A stretch of 64,000 bases of DNA. It comes from Faecousia sp. Its GTDB lineage: Bacteria > Bacillota > Clostridia > Oscillospirales > Oscillospiraceae. Positions 29,103-41,110 of this stretch are shown here, one piece after another. A model generated the notes under the pieces. That model did no database searches. It saw nothing but the letters and a program-made list of their open reading frames with translations, and was not told the origin of the DNA. Each line of letters starts with the position of its first letter. The stretch's first letter is position 1. A program made the position numbers and the translations under genes. The stretch spans positions 9,755 to 73,754 of the forward strand of contig JBJDYP010000071.1 of NCBI GenBank assembly GCA_051867435.1, read 5' to 3'.

Positions 29103-31084
29103 ATCGCGTCCACCTCCGCCATGATCTGTCGATTGGAGAAGCCCTTCAGATCCATCGCGCCGGACATACAGGCCACGGTGCAGGCACCGCAGCCCTGGCA
29201 CACCGCCGGATTGACCTGTGCCACCCGGCGCAGAACGGTGGTGCGGTTGGGGCCTCTGAATTCTTTGTTCACATAGGTAATCGCGCCGTAGGGGCACACC
29301 TTTTCGCAGCTCGAGCAGCCGTTGCACATCAACTCATCCGGCTGTGCCGTGCAGGGATTGCAGGTCAGCTCGGTCTTGGAAAGCAATCCGATGACCTTGG
29401 AAGCGGCGGCGCCGGCCTGAGCCACGGTCTCGGGGATGTCCTTGGGTCCCTGGCAGGTGCCGGACAGGAAGATGCCCGCCGTGGGGCTTTCCACAGGCCG
29501 CAGCTTGGGGTGGGCCTCCGTAAAGAAATCGTTGGTATCCATGGACGCGGTGAGCATGGTGGCAAGGCTTCTGGCGCTCTTGTCCGGCTCAATGGCAGCG
29601 GCAAGCACCACCATGTCGGCATCGATATGGAGCTGGCGACCCTCCAGCAGGTCGGAGGCCTGCACCTTCAGCTTGCCGTTTTCGGGAACCACCTTGCCCA
29701 CCATGCCCTTGATGTAGTGGACACCGTACTCCTCCACCGCTCTGCGGTAAAATTCGTCAAAGTTCTTGCCCGGGGTACGGACATCGATGTAGAACACATA
29801 CACCTCCGTGTCGGGGTACTTTTCCCGGCAGAGCATGGCGTGCTTCGCGGTATACATACAGCAGATTTTGGAGCAGTAGGGCTTGCCCTTCTCCACGCCG
29901 TCGCAGCGGGAACCCACGCACTGCACAAACACGATGGTCTTGGGGTGGGTTCCGTCGGAAGGACGCAGCAGTGTGCCGCCGGTGGGGCCTGCCGCGTTCA
30001 TGAGCCGCTCAAACTCCAGGCTGGACACCACATCCGGGCTTTGGGAATAGGCAAACTCATTGAACTTGCTCAAATCGATGGGATTGAAGCCGGTCGCCAC
30101 CACGATGGCACCGTACTCCTCCTCGATCAGCCGGTCTTTCTGGGTGTAATCGATGGCATTGGCGCCGCAGACCTTGGCGCAGACACCGCATTTTCCCTTT
30201 TTCAGCATATTGCAGTAGTCCGGGTCGATGGTCGCCACCTTGGGCACCGCCTGGGCAAAAGGTATGTAGATGGCACGGCGGGTATCCAGACCCAGGTTAA
30301 ACTCGTTGGGCACCTTCTTCTGGGGGCACTTTTCGGTGCAAAGGCCGCAGCCGGTGCATTTTTCCGCATCCACAAACCGTGCCTTCTTCCGGATGGTCAC
30401 CCGGAAGTTGCCCACGAAGCCCTTCACATCCTCCACCTCGGAATAGGCGAAGATCCGAATCTTCTCATTCTGGGCGCAGTCCACCATTTTGGGGGTCAGG
30501 ATACAGGCGGCGCAGTCCAGAGTCGGGAAGGTCTTGTCGATCTGGGTCATTTTGCCGCCGATGGTGGGCTTTTTCTCCACGATGTCCACTTCAAAGCCCG
30601 CGTCCGCAATGTCCAGCGCGGTCTGGATGCCGGCGATACCGCCGCCGATGACCAGCGCCCGCTTTTTCACCGGACTGGTACCGGCGGTGAGCGGCGCGTT
30701 CAGATGGACCTTCGCCACGGCTGCCCTGCCCAGGATAATCGCCTTTTCCGTGGCTTCGTCCCTGTCCTTGTGGATCCAGGAGCACTGCTCCCGGATGTTG
30801 GCGATTTCCACCATGTAGGGGTTCAGCCCCGCCTTTTCGCAGGTCTTTCGGAAGGTGTTTTCATGCATCCGGGGGGAACAGGAGCAGACCACCACGCCGG
30901 TAAGCCCATACTCCCGGATCTTGTCCCGGATCAGATCCTGCCCGGTCTGGGAGCACATATACTGATAGTTGGTGGAGAACACCACCCCCGGCTCCTTCGC
31001 CAGAGCCTGGGAAACAGCCTCCACATCCACCGTTGCCGCAATATTGCTGCCGCACCAGCAGACAAAAACGCCGATTCTTTCCAT
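29093..31084 (-). CDS. hdrA: Heterodisulfide reductase subunit A (bifurcating flavoprotein)
   Basis: VFVCWCGSNI, CSPRMHE, NIREQCSW, KTFPTLDC, QCVGSR, YCSKICC and inserted plus C-terminal ferredoxin domains. Confidence 0.96.
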   Translation of the reverse strand: MERIGVFVCWCGSNIAATVDVEAVSQALAKEPGVVFSTNYQYMCSQTGQDLIRDKIREYGLTGVVVCSCSPRMHENTFRKTCEKAGLNPYMVEIANIREQCSWIHKDRDEATEKAIILGRAAVAKVHLNAPLTAGTSPVKKRALVIGGGIAGIQTALDIADAGFEVDIVEKKPTIGGKMTQIDKTFPTLDCAACILTPKMVDCAQNEKIRIFAYSEVEDVKGFVGNFRVTIRKKARFVDAEKCTGCGLCTEKCPQKKVPNEFNLGLDTRRAIYIPFAQAVPKVATIDPDYCNMLKKGKCGVCAKVCGANAIDYTQKDRLIEEEYGAIVVATGFNPIDLSKFNEFAYSQSPDVVSSLEFERLMNAAGPTGGTLLRPSDGTHPKTIVFVQCVGSRCDGVEKGKPYCSKICCMYTAKHAMLCREKYPDTEVYVFYIDVRTPGKNFDEFYRRAVEEYGVHYIKGMVGKVVPENGKLKVQASDLLEGRQLHIDADMVVLAAAIEPDKSARSLATMLTASMDTNDFFTEAHPKLRPVESPTAGIFLSGTCQGPKDIPETVAQAGAAASKVIGLLSKTELTCNPCTAQPDELMCNGCSSCEKVCPYGAITYVNKEFRGPNRTTVLRRVAQVNPAVCQGCGACTVACMSGAMDLKGFSNRQIMAEVDAICK

Positions 31085-31096
31085 GGCCTCTCCTCC

Positions 31097-31483
31097 TTAC
31101 CGCCTGTATTTCCGCAGGGCGCTGGTAATCGCCTGCTGGGGCAATTCTTCATCCAAAAGCGCCGGAATCCGGTCCGGAGTCAGATGGTTCTTCCCCTGCT
31201 GGCGGATCACCGCCACACGGACTGCTTCGATGAGCTTCGCCGGCTCCACGTTTCTGGGGCAGCGCTCCACGCAGGCAAAGCAGCTTAAGCAGGTGTAGAT
31301 GCCTCTGGATGCCATCAGTTCCTCCACCCGTCCGCTTTCCACCATGGCCACAAACTGATGGGGATGGTACTCCATCTCCTCAAAGGCCGGGCAGGACGCG
31401 GTACATTTGCCGCAGCGCATACATTTCCTGGGGTTGACCCCGGACGCGTTCATAATGGTATCCATCAATGCCTGATCAGCCAT
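31097..31483 (-). CDS. hdrC: Heterodisulfide reductase subunit C-like
   Basis: CMRCGKCTASCP and CLSCFACVERCPR; lies between hdrB and hdrA. Confidence 0.88.
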   Translation of the reverse strand: MADQALMDTIMNASGVNPRKCMRCGKCTASCPAFEEMEYHPHQFVAMVESGRVEELMASRGIYTCLSCFACVERCPRNVEPAKLIEAVRVAVIRQQGKNHLTPDRIPALLDEELPQQAITSALRKYRR

Positions 31484-32267
31484 GGGTCTGCTCCAATCCC
31501 AGCGCCTCTGCCAGAAGCTCTGTAAAGTATTTCACGGCAACGCTGCCGTCGGTGTTCTTTGTCAGGTTGTACATACACAGCGGGCAGGCGGTGATCAGCA
31601 TTTCCGCGCTGCAGGCTCTCGCGTTGTCCACCACTTTCTGCGCCTGTTTGGAGGCATACGCGGTGCTTTCCAGGGTGGTATAGCCGCCGCAGCACTCGTT
31701 CCGCATGGCATAGACCACAGGCTCCGCGCCGAGGGCACGGAGGAAGTCCTCCAGGATCGTGGGGTTCTCGGGGTCGTCAAATCCCAATTCTCTGCTGGGC
31801 CGAAGCAGCAGACAGCCGTAATACGCGCCGATCTTTCTGCCGGTCAGCGGGTGCGTGACCCGCTTTCTCAGTTCCTCCCAGCCCACGTCATCCCGCAGGA
31901 CTTCCAGATAGTGGAGCACTTCCGTCTCCCCGGTATAGGGAGTCTCCAAGTTTAAGTAGTTGTTCACCTTCTGCCGCAGGTCAGCGTCCCGGCGGATGTC
32001 GCCGTTGACCCGCTTGATCACATGGTAGCAGGCAGAGCAGAGGGTCACCAGCCTGCCGCCCTGTTCCCTCGCGTCCGCCAGCGCCCGGACGGAAGACAGC
32101 CGGGTGGCGATTTCGTCTTTCGCCATGGGATATACCGCGCCGCAGCACTGCCAGTCGGTCAGTTCTTCCAAGGGGAACCCCAGCGCCTGTGCCGCTTCTC
32201 TGCCGAATTGATCCAGTGCCGCACCCTCGGTTTTCAGGGTGCAGCCGGGGAAATAGCTGTATTTCAT
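31476..32267 (-). CDS. hdrB: Heterodisulfide reductase subunit B
   Basis: Two CCG domains: YFPGC..WQCCG..CSAC and YYGC..ECCGG..CPLC. Start trimmed to ATG 32267. Confidence 0.92.
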   Translation of the reverse strand: MKYSYFPGCTLKTEGAALDQFGREAAQALGFPLEELTDWQCCGAVYPMAKDEIATRLSSVRALADAREQGGRLVTLCSACYHVIKRVNGDIRRDADLRQKVNNYLNLETPYTGETEVLHYLEVLRDDVGWEELRKRVTHPLTGRKIGAYYGCLLLRPSRELGFDDPENPTILEDFLRALGAEPVVYAMRNECCGGYTTLESTAYASKQAQKVVDNARACSAEMLITACPLCMYNLTKNTDGSVAVKYFTELLAEALGLEQTHG

Positions 32268-32292
32268 GGTTTTTCCCTCGTCCTTCCAATGT

Positions 32293-33684
<1,392 letters not shown>

Positions 33685-33694
33685 GTATTCCTCC

Positions 33695-34642
33695 TCAGAA
33701 TGTAATTGCCTGGATGGTCTCTTTCAGTTTTCTGGCGCTGTTGACCAGCTTTTCATGTTCTTCATCGGTCAGATCGTTCTGGATCTTTCCCCGAACGCCG
33801 TCGTGATCCACGATGCACAGCACGCTCAGGCACACATCGGAGATGCCGTACTCTCCGTTCATCATGGTGGAAACGGTCAGCGCCGTGCCGGAGCCGTTGA
33901 GGATGCACTTGACGATGTGGCACACGGAAAGGGCAACCGCGTAGAAGGTGGCGCCCTTTGCCTGGATCACCACGCTGCCGGAGGTACGCACCTTGGTTTC
34001 AAAGGCCGCGTAATCGCCGTTGAAGGCGATCTGCTCGCCGTGGGGCGCGTGGGACTTGTAGCGGCTGATGTGGTTGTTGGAGATGGTTGCCAGGGACCAG
34101 GGAACAAAGGAGGTATCGCCGTGTTCGCCGTAGACATGGGCGTGGACGTTCCGGGGGCTGATGTTAAACTCCCGGGCCAGCTCCGCCTGCAGTCTGGCGG
34201 TATCCAGCACCGTGCCGGAACCGATGATGCGGTTCTCGGGAATGCCGGAAATCCTGTGGAACACATAGGTCATCACATCCACGGGATTGGACACGATGAT
34301 ATACACCGCGTCAGGGGCGTATTTCACGATGTTGGGAGTGATCTGCTTCAGAATGTCCACATTGGTCTGCGCCAGCTCCAGCCGGGTCTGACCGGGCTTC
34401 CGGGCAACGCCGGAGGTGATGATCACAATGGAGGAGCCTGCCGCGTCCTCGTAGTGACCGGGACGAACGGTGGCAGGCGCCACAAAGCTGATTCCCTGAT
34501 AAATGTCCATGGCCTCACCGAAGGCCTTCTGCTCGTTGATATCAATCAGCACGATATCCGTGGCGATGTTCATTGCCACCAGATCGTTGGCAATGGTGGA
34601 GCCAACGCTGCCCGCGCCGATGATGGTGATTTTTGTACCCAA
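33695..34642 (-). CDS. LDH-fold 2-hydroxyacid dehydrogenase, probably malate dehydrogenase (TTG start)
   Basis: GAGSVG, NPVD, LDTAR and GEHGD; substrate loop GVARKPG has Arg (MDH-type). GGAGG RBS precedes TTG 34642. Confidence 0.85.
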   Translation of the reverse strand: MGTKITIIGAGSVGSTIANDLVAMNIATDIVLIDINEQKAFGEAMDIYQGISFVAPATVRPGHYEDAAGSSIVIITSGVARKPGQTRLELAQTNVDILKQITPNIVKYAPDAVYIIVSNPVDVMTYVFHRISGIPENRIIGSGTVLDTARLQAELAREFNISPRNVHAHVYGEHGDTSFVPWSLATISNNHISRYKSHAPHGEQIAFNGDYAAFETKVRTSGSVVIQAKGATFYAVALSVCHIVKCILNGSGTALTVSTMMNGEYGISDVCLSVLCIVDHDGVRGKIQNDLTDEEHEKLVNSARKLKETIQAITF

Positions 34643-34898
34643 AACAATTCCTCCAATAAATAAGGATTTTTTTATCGATATTATTTTACGAAATAACCCC
34701 AAAAAAGTGAAATTGATTTTCTTCATGGAATCCGCGACATTTTTCTATGGCACGGGCCAGGAAAAAACTCCCAAAACAGGAGTTTCCGGCACATCTGCCA
34801 AAAATCCCGTTGGGAGTTCCTCCGTTATTGATCAATCGGAGCAGAGAATCCGGGAATCGTTATGTCAGTATTGCATAACAGAATTCCAAAATGGAATC

Positions 34899-35825
34899 TC
34901 AATAATCTCCATAGGCCACCTCATTTTTCTGCAATGTCAGTTCGTTGATAAAGATCCGGTCCAATTTGCTGAACCGGTAGCCTGCCCGGCTGATCAGAAG
35001 ATCCCTGAATTGCCCGCTGTCTTTGCATCTGCACTGGACAAGGCCGTTTCTTCTCAGCATCTCCTCCGGAAGCGGCGCCGACCACGCATACGCCAGGGGA
35101 TTTGCCCGGAGCAGGTCGAACTGCATGGCCCGGTCGTAGACCAGAATCCGCTTGCTGTTGACTGCCCCGTTTCTCCCGGCACCGCTGAAGTGGACATAGG
35201 GCACGTCGTCGTCCCCAAAGGCGATCTCGATGTAGGGCGCCAGATCCGCCGCGGAAAGGGGTTTCTTCCCCGCCAGCGGGTGATCCTCCCGGGTGACCGC
35301 CACATAGTCAGACTGCCAGATCGTTTCATACTGCAAGCCCTTTTCCGCCAGATTCTTCAGGAAGTATTCCTCATCCTCCACATGGAAGCGGATCACCCCC
35401 AGCACAAAATGGCTGTTTGCCACCGCGTCGATCACCTTCAGCGAGCTGGTTTCCAGCACGTCCAGCTCCATCTCCCGGCTGTTGTCAAAGGAACACAGGA
35501 ATTTTACCGCGGCCTGGGAGAGATAGCCGTCCCGGGGGATCGCCATGCTGAAAAGCTGGCCGGAGGTGTCCCTGGCCTGGAGCGCCAGCTCCATCTTCTC
35601 AATTTGGTTCACGATCTTTCTGGCGTGAGCCAGAAACTCCGATCCCTTCTGGGTGGGAACCACACCCCTGGAGGTTCTGCGGAACACGGTAAAGCCCAGG
35701 GTGGACTCCAGATCCTTGATTGCCTTGCTCAGCGTGGGCTGGGACATGAACAGATTGTCTGCCGCCTGGGTGATGGACGCGGTCTTTTCCACTTCAAGGG
35801 CGTAAGTAAAATATAAGGTATTCAT
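34899..35825 (-). CDS. LysR family transcriptional regulator
   Basis: [27 protein letters not shown]...F.R...GV.PT; directly upstream of the succinate operon. Confidence 0.92.
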   Translation of the reverse strand: MNTLYFTYALEVEKTASITQAADNLFMSQPTLSKAIKDLESTLGFTVFRRTSRGVVPTQKGSEFLAHARKIVNQIEKMELALQARDTSGQLFSMAIPRDGYLSQAAVKFLCSFDNSREMELDVLETSSLKVIDAVANSHFVLGVIRFHVEDEEYFLKNLAEKGLQYETIWQSDYVAVTREDHPLAGKKPLSAADLAPYIEIAFGDDDVPYVHFSGAGRNGAVNSKRILVYDRAMQFDLLRANPLAYAWSAPLPEEMLRRNGLVQCRCKDSGQFRDLLISRAGYRFSKLDRIFINELTLQKNEVAYGDY

Positions 35826-35938
35826 GCCGATCCCTCCTCTGCCCTGATTGTACCACAGCTTGTCCCCGGATGCAATCCGAACTTGCCATTTTCCGGTTCC
35901 CCTGCTATACTGGAGAAAAAACCGGGAGGTGTGAGATC

Positions 35939-36580
35939 ATGAAACTGCTGCTCACCGCATTTGACCCCTTTGGCGGGGAGACCGTCAATCCGGCGCTGGA
36001 GGCCGTCAGGCTCGTCCGTCCGCGGATCGGCGAAGTGGAGGTCATAAAGCTGGAGGTGCCCACCGTATTCCGCAAGTCCCTGTCCGTCACCGCGGAGGCC
36101 ATCCGCCGGGAGCAGCCCGACGCGGTGCTTTGCATCGGGCAGGCAGGGGGACGGTTTGAGCTGACCCCGGAGCGTGTTGCCATCAACATGGACGATGCCC
36201 GAATCCCCGATAACGAGGGCAATCAGCCCATGGATACCCCCATCGAGCCGGACGGGGAAGCCGCTTATTTCTCCACACTGCCTGTGAAAGCCATGGTCGC
36301 AGGCATCCGTGCCGCCGGTGTACCCGCCAGCTTGAGCAACACGGCAGGCACCTTTGTGTGCAACCACCTGATGTACGGCGTGCTGCACCTGCTTGCCAGG
36401 GAGTATCCTCAAATCCGCGGCGGATTCCTGCACGTTCCCTTTGTCACCGCCCAGGTGGCAAACCGGGTGGGCGTGCCCAGTATGGGGCTTCCCGAAATCG
36501 TCAGGGGCATCGAAGCCGCCATTGCCGTCATCGGCACGGTGGAAACCGGCCTGCAAACCCCGGAGGGAAAAACGCATTGA
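35939..36580 (+). CDS. pcp: Pyroglutamyl-peptidase I
   Basis: FDPFGG, GQAGGR, ERVAIN, AGTFVCN and GFLHVP. Confidence 0.95.
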   Translation: MKLLLTAFDPFGGETVNPALEAVRLVRPRIGEVEVIKLEVPTVFRKSLSVTAEAIRREQPDAVLCIGQAGGRFELTPERVAINMDDARIPDNEGNQPMDTPIEPDGEAAYFSTLPVKAMVAGIRAAGVPASLSNTAGTFVCNHLMYGVLHLLAREYPQIRGGFLHVPFVTAQVANRVGVPSMGLPEIVRGIEAAIAVIGTVETGLQTPEGKTH

Positions 36581-36689
36581 CCGGGCAGCCGGCATATCAT
36601 TCTTTTCTTACAGGAACCCATCGAAAAAGCAACCGGAAATTGTGTGGTTTATCCAAAAACGAAGCAGAAATGTTGGTACTCTCGAAGGG

Positions 36690-36718
36690 TTGACGGTTTT
36701 TTGGGGGATTGCTATAAT
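36690..36718 (+). promoter_or_regulatory. Putative sigma-A promoter with extended -10 for the GH53 gene
   Basis: TTGACG-17 nt-TATAAT with TG one base before the -10. Confidence 0.7.
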
Positions 36719-36778
36719 GAACCTGAATAACCGGCTGCGCAATCAGCGCGCAATGGGTCAATCAAAGGAGGAGTACAA

Positions 36779-39700
36779 ATGAAAATGAAACGGAAACCCG
36801 GCTCCCGGCTGCTGGCACTGATCCTGGTGCTGGCCATGCTGGTGTCCGTCCTGCCGGTGACCGCGTCCGCCGAGGAAATGACAGACCTGATCCTGCCCAA
36901 CGGCGACTTTGAAGAGGGCACCAAAAACTGGAGCCTCACCGGCTGGAGCGAGGTAACGTCCGATTCCTGGGCGAAAAACAATACCACCAACACGCTGAAG
37001 CTCTGGCTCAGCGATGACGAGGCGGCATATGGCTCCGCCTCCTACACCGTCACCCTGACCGCCGGCCAATATGTCGTCTTTTTTGACATCTCCGGTGCCT
37101 CGGGGGCCAGCGGGCTGGCAGCCAAGGTAACCGGCGCCGACGGGCAGACCCTTTCGGAGTTCAGTGAAACCGCCACCACCGGGTGGGATGTCTGGGCAAC
37201 CTGTTCCTTTGACTTTGATCTGTCCGAGGAAACGGAAGTGACCTTCACCCTGTCCGGCACCATACCGAAAGGATACTGGGGCTTTCTGGACAATGTGTAC
37301 ATTCGGGGCACCGGCAGCATCGTTGTCAAGGACCCTGATCCTGTGGAGGCGCCCATTTATGTGCCGTACATCAAGGGCACCGACGGCGAGTTCATGCGGG
37401 GCATGGACGTGTCCTCGGTTCTGTCCATTCTGAACAGCGGCGCGAAGTTCTATGATTATGACGGCAGCGAACTGGACGGTCAGGGCTTCTTTAACCTCCT
37501 GGCTGCCAGCGGCACCAACTGGATCCGCCTGCGTGTGTGGAACAATCCCTTCGATGCCGAAGGCAACGGCTATGGCGGCGGCAACTGCGATGTAACCGCT
37601 GCCGTGACCATGGGCAAGTGGGCCACCGAAGCGGGCATGAAGGTTCTCATTGACTTCCATTACTCCGACTTCTGGGCAGACCCCGGCAAGCAGCAGGTGC
37701 CCAAGGCCTGGAAGGGCTACACCGTGGACGAGAAGGCCGCTGCCATTGAAGAGTATACCTATAAGAGCCTGAAGACCCTGCTGGATGCCGGTGTGGATGT
37801 GGGCATGGTTCAGGTGGGCAACGAAACCACCAACTCCATCTGCGGCGAAAGCACCTGGGCCAACCGGGCCACGCTGTTCTCCGCCGGCTCCAAGGCCGTC
37901 CGGACGATTGCCGCTGAATACAATCGGGATATTCTGGTTGCCATCCACTTCACCAACCCCGAGCGTTCCGGCAACTATGCCAACTTTGCCAAGCAGCTCG
38001 ATACCTATAAGGTGGATTACGATGTTTTCGCCTCGTCCTGGTATCCCTACTGGCACGGCACCCTGAACAATCTGACCACCGTGCTGAAGCAGGTGGCAGA
38101 CACCTACGGCAAGAAGGTCATCGTGGCGGAAACCTCCTGGGCCTACACCCTGGAAGACGGCGACGGCCATGCCAATACCGTCCGTTCGGGAAGCAACGAC
38201 AGCGGCAGCTATCCCTTCAGCGCCCAGGGACAGGCCCTGCTGCTGTCCGACGTGGCCCAGGCTGTGAAAAACGTGGGCGAAGCCGGTGTGGGTATGTTCT
38301 ATTGGGAATCCGCCTGGATCCCCGTCCGCAACGTTTCCCAGCTCACCGGGGACGAGTACACCGCCCAGGTGGAAGAAAACAAGAAGCTGTGGGAGCAGTA
38401 TGGCTCCGGCTGGGCCTCCTCCTTTGCCGGTGAATACGATTCCAAAGACGCCGGTGTCTGGTACGGCGGCTCCGCCGTGGACAACCAGGCCCTGTTCGAC
38501 TTCGACGGGCACCCCCTGGATTCTTTGAAGATTTATGCGTATATGCAGGCCGGCACCACCGGCGCGGAAATCACCATTGAAGCCGTCACCGATCCCAAGC
38601 TGTCCTTCACCGTGGGGGATACCCTGGTTCTGCCGGAAACGGTTTCCGCCATCAACAGCCTGGGTCAGACGGTGACGGTCGCCGTGACCTGGAACGCGGA
38701 GGATGTGTCCGCCGTGGATATGCAGACCCCCGGCCTCTACACTGTGAACGGTACGGTGGAGGGCGGCATCACCGTCACCTGCTCCATCACCGTGAATTAT
38801 CCCAACCTGCTCCTGAACCCCAGCTTTGAATTGTCGGACATGAGTATGTACACCATCTCCGCTACCGCGAAGCGGACCACGGACGACCCAAAGACCGGCA
38901 GCTATTCCCTGCACTATTATTCCAGCGGTACGGTGGACTTCACCGTGGAGCAGCGCGTCACCCTGAAGCCCGGCACCTATGACTTCTCCCTGTTCAGCCA
39001 GGGCGGCAACGTAGGTGAAAATGCCAGCACCTATATTTATGTGAAGTACGGCGACACCGAGCTGACCCAGGACTTCGCCGTTACCGGCTGGTGCATCTGG
39101 GACAATCCCACCCTCACCTTCACCGTGAAGGAAGAAACCGCCGTTACCGTGGGCGCGAATATTACCGCTTCCCAGACCGGCGGCTGGGGCACCCTGGACG
39201 ATTGGTACCTGTGCAAGTCCCTGACCCATGTACACATCCAGGAACGCCGGAACGCTGCGGAGGCCACCTGCACCGAGGACGGCTACACCGGCGACCTCTA
39301 TTGCCTGGACTGCGGTGAGCTGCTGGAAAAGGGCAGTGTGATTTCCGCCCTTGGACATGGCTACACGGATACCGTTGTGGCTCCCACCTGCGAGCAGGAC
39401 GGCTACACCGAGCACACCTGCAGCCGCTGCGGCTATAACTACCGGGATCAGTTTTCGGATGCTCTGGGTCATGACTACGCGTCTGTAGTCACCGATCCCA
39501 CCTGCGCAGGACAGGGCTACACCACCCACACCTGCACCCGCTGCGGCGACAGCTATGTGGACGGTTATGCAGATCCCACCGGTCACACCATGGGCGAATG
39601 GACCACGGGAAAGGCGCCCACCTGCACGGAAACCGGCATCAAGACCCGAACCTGCCAGGACTGCGGCGAAAAGGAAGCGGAAATCCTTCCCGCTCTGGGT

Positions 39701-41074
39701 CATACTTACACGGCAGCCGTCACCGAGCCCACCTGCGAGACCATCGGCTACACAACCCATACCTGCGAGACCTGCGGTCACAGCTATGTGGACAGCATGA
39801 AGCCTGCCCTGGGTCATGACTATCAGGGTGTGGTGACCGCGCCCACCCATGAAAAGATGGGCTACACCACCTACACCTGCACCCGCTGCGATCACAGCTA
39901 CATCGGCGATTATGTTGACGCCCCCGGTCATACCTATGTAGCCGCCGTGACCAAGGAGCCCACCTGCACAGAGGAAGGCGTTATGACCTTCACCTGTGAC
40001 TGCGGCGAGACCTATACCCAGTCCATCCCCAAGGTGGATCATACCTATGAGGCAACCGTCACAAAGCCGGATTGCACCCACATGGGCTATACCACACACA
40101 CCTGTACGGTCTGCAGTCACAGCTTCCGGGATTCCTTCGTGGACGCCACCGGTCACAACTACACGGATACGGTGATCCCCGCCACCTGTACGGAATATGG
40201 CTATACCAACCATGTCTGCACGGTCTGCAGTCATAGCTACATCAGCGATCTTGTTCAGCCTCAGGGTCACAAAGGAGAGCTTCGCAATGTCAAGCAAGCC
40301 GCCTGCACCGAGGCCGGCTACACCGGTGATCTGATTTGCGCGGTCTGCGGCGAAAAGCTGGCAGAAGGAGAGACCATCCAGCCCACCGGACACGACTGGG
40401 GCGAATGGGTCACCGTGAAGAAGCCCACCTGCACAGTCGCCGGGGAGGAAATCCACACCTGCGGCGTCTGCGGCGGGACTGAAACCCGTGAGATTGCTCC
40501 TATTGCTTGCCCGAGCAAGGACTATAAAGATGTCGGCACCGCCAACTGGTACCATGATGCCGTCGATTATATGATTCTCAACGGCTGCATGAACGGTATC
40601 GGCGGCGGTCTGTTCGGGACCTTCGAGGATATGTCCCGGGCGCAATTGATCACCATTCTGTACCGTATCGCCGGGATGCCCGGTGTCGAGGGTCTGACCC
40701 ATCCGTTCCGGGATGTGGCTGAGGGCGTTTGGTACAGCGATGCCATCACCTGGGCCTATAACGAAGGCATTGTCAATGGTGTCGAGGCAGACCTGTTCGC
40801 GCCGGATGATTCCGTGACCCGTCAGCAGATGGTGGCTATCCTGTTCCGGTTTGCCGGCGGCGAGGCAGTGGAAGAGGACTGCCTGTCCGATTTCGTCGAT
40901 GGAGGACAGGTTCAGAGCTACGCAAAGGATGCCATGAACTGGGCTGTGTCGACCGGTCTGATTCGGGGCGATGTGGTCAACGGCTCCGTCGTTCTGGTGC
41001 CTGATGCCATGGCATCCCGTGCCCAGGGAGCGATCATCCTGACCAGATTCCTCCAGAACATCTATAACAAGTAA
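36779..41074 (+). CDS. Cell-surface GH53 endo-1,4-beta-galactanase with CBM-like and Ig-like domains, His/Cys repeats and C-terminal SLH domains
   Basis: Signal peptide; RGMDVSS, IRLRVWN, DFHYSDFWADP, VQVGNE (acid/base), VAET (nucleophile) and FYWE; NGDFE/NPSFE CBM starts; SLH motifs (F.DV...WY, TRQQMVAIL). Confidence 0.9.
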   Translation: MKMKRKPGSRLLALILVLAMLVSVLPVTASAEEMTDLILPNGDFEEGTKNWSLTGWSEVTSDSWAKNNTTNTLKLWLSDDEAAYGSASYTVTLTAGQYVVFFDISGASGASGLAAKVTGADGQTLSEFSETATTGWDVWATCSFDFDLSEETEVTFTLSGTIPKGYWGFLDNVYIRGTGSIVVKDPDPVEAPIYVPYIKGTDGEFMRGMDVSSVLSILNSGAKFYDYDGSELDGQGFFNLLAASGTNWIRLRVWNNPFDAEGNGYGGGNCDVTAAVTMGKWATEAGMKVLIDFHYSDFWADPGKQQVPKAWKGYTVDEKAAAIEEYTYKSLKTLLDAGVDVGMVQVGNETTNSICGESTWANRATLFSAGSKAVRTIAAEYNRDILVAIHFTNPERSGNYANFAKQLDTYKVDYDVFASSWYPYWHGTLNNLTTVLKQVADTYGKKVIVAETSWAYTLEDGDGHANTVRSGSNDSGSYPFSAQGQALLLSDVAQAVKNVGEAGVGMFYWESAWIPVRNVSQLTGDEYTAQVEENKKLWEQYGSGWASSFAGEYDSKDAGVWYGGSAVDNQALFDFDGHPLDSLKIYAYMQAGTTGAEITIEAVTDPKLSFTVGDTLVLPETVSAINSLGQTVTVAVTWNAEDVSAVDMQTPGLYTVNGTVEGGITVTCSITVNYPNLLLNPSFELSDMSMYTISATAKRTTDDPKTGSYSLHYYSSGTVDFTVEQRVTLKPGTYDFSLFSQGGNVGENASTYIYVKYGDTELTQDFAVTGWCIWDNPTLTFTVKEETAVTVGANITASQTGGWGTLDDWYLCKSLTHVHIQERRNAAEATCTEDGYTGDLYCLDCGELLEKGSVISALGHGYTDTVVAPTCEQDGYTEHTCSRCGYNYRDQFSDALGHDYASVVTDPTCAGQGYTTHTCTRCGDSYVDGYADPTGHTMGEWTTGKAPTCTETGIKTRTCQDCGEKEAEILPALGHTYTAAVTEPTCETIGYTTHTCETCGHSYVDSMKPALGHDYQGVVTAPTHEKMGYTTYTCTRCDHSYIGDYVDAPGHTYVAAVTKEPTCTEEGVMTFTCDCGETYTQSIPKVDHTYEATVTKPDCTHMGYTTHTCTVCSHSFRDSFVDATGHNYTDTVIPATCTEYGYTNHVCTVCSHSYISDLVQPQGHKGELRNVKQAACTEAGYTGDLICAVCGEKLAEGETIQPTGHDWGEWVTVKKPTCTVAGEEIHTCGVCGGTETREIAPIACPSKDYKDVGTANWYHDAVDYMILNGCMNGIGGGLFGTFEDMSRAQLITILYRIAGMPGVEGLTHPFRDVAEGVWYSDAITWAYNEGIVNGVEADLFAPDDSVTRQQMVAILFRFAGGEAVEEDCLSDFVDGGQVQSYAKDAMNWAVSTGLIRGDVVNGSVVLVPDAMASRAQGAIILTRFLQNIYNK
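39227..40510 (+). repeat. Eleven tandem ~38-aa His/Cys repeats inside the GH53 gene
   Basis: Unit H-x(9-12)-(P/A)TC-xxx-G-x(4-5)-CxxC-x(12-16), counted from the translation. Confidence 0.85.
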
Positions 41075-41110
41075 ACCCCTTACCGGGAAAAATACAGGTT
41101 CTATCATGCA

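Noticed and set aside
28665-32267. Hdr/MvhD genes as evidence of methanogenesis, sulfate reduction or selenoproteins
   Set aside because: Bacterial fermentative context with no mcr, dsr or hydrogenase genes in the window; the ORFs are open with Cys at the conserved positions, so no TGA recoding is needed.
39227-40510. Periodic CCCACCTGC/GGCTACACC DNA repeats that could suggest a CRISPR array, or CxxCH heme motifs
   Set aside because: Repeats are degenerate at third codon positions and in frame within a CDS; no cas genes; motifs are CxxCG/S/D rather than CxxCH.
36758-41107. 1449-aa minus-strand ORF antisense to the GH53 gene
   Set aside because: Codon-register mirror of the real gene; G/A/V-rich with no recognisable domains.
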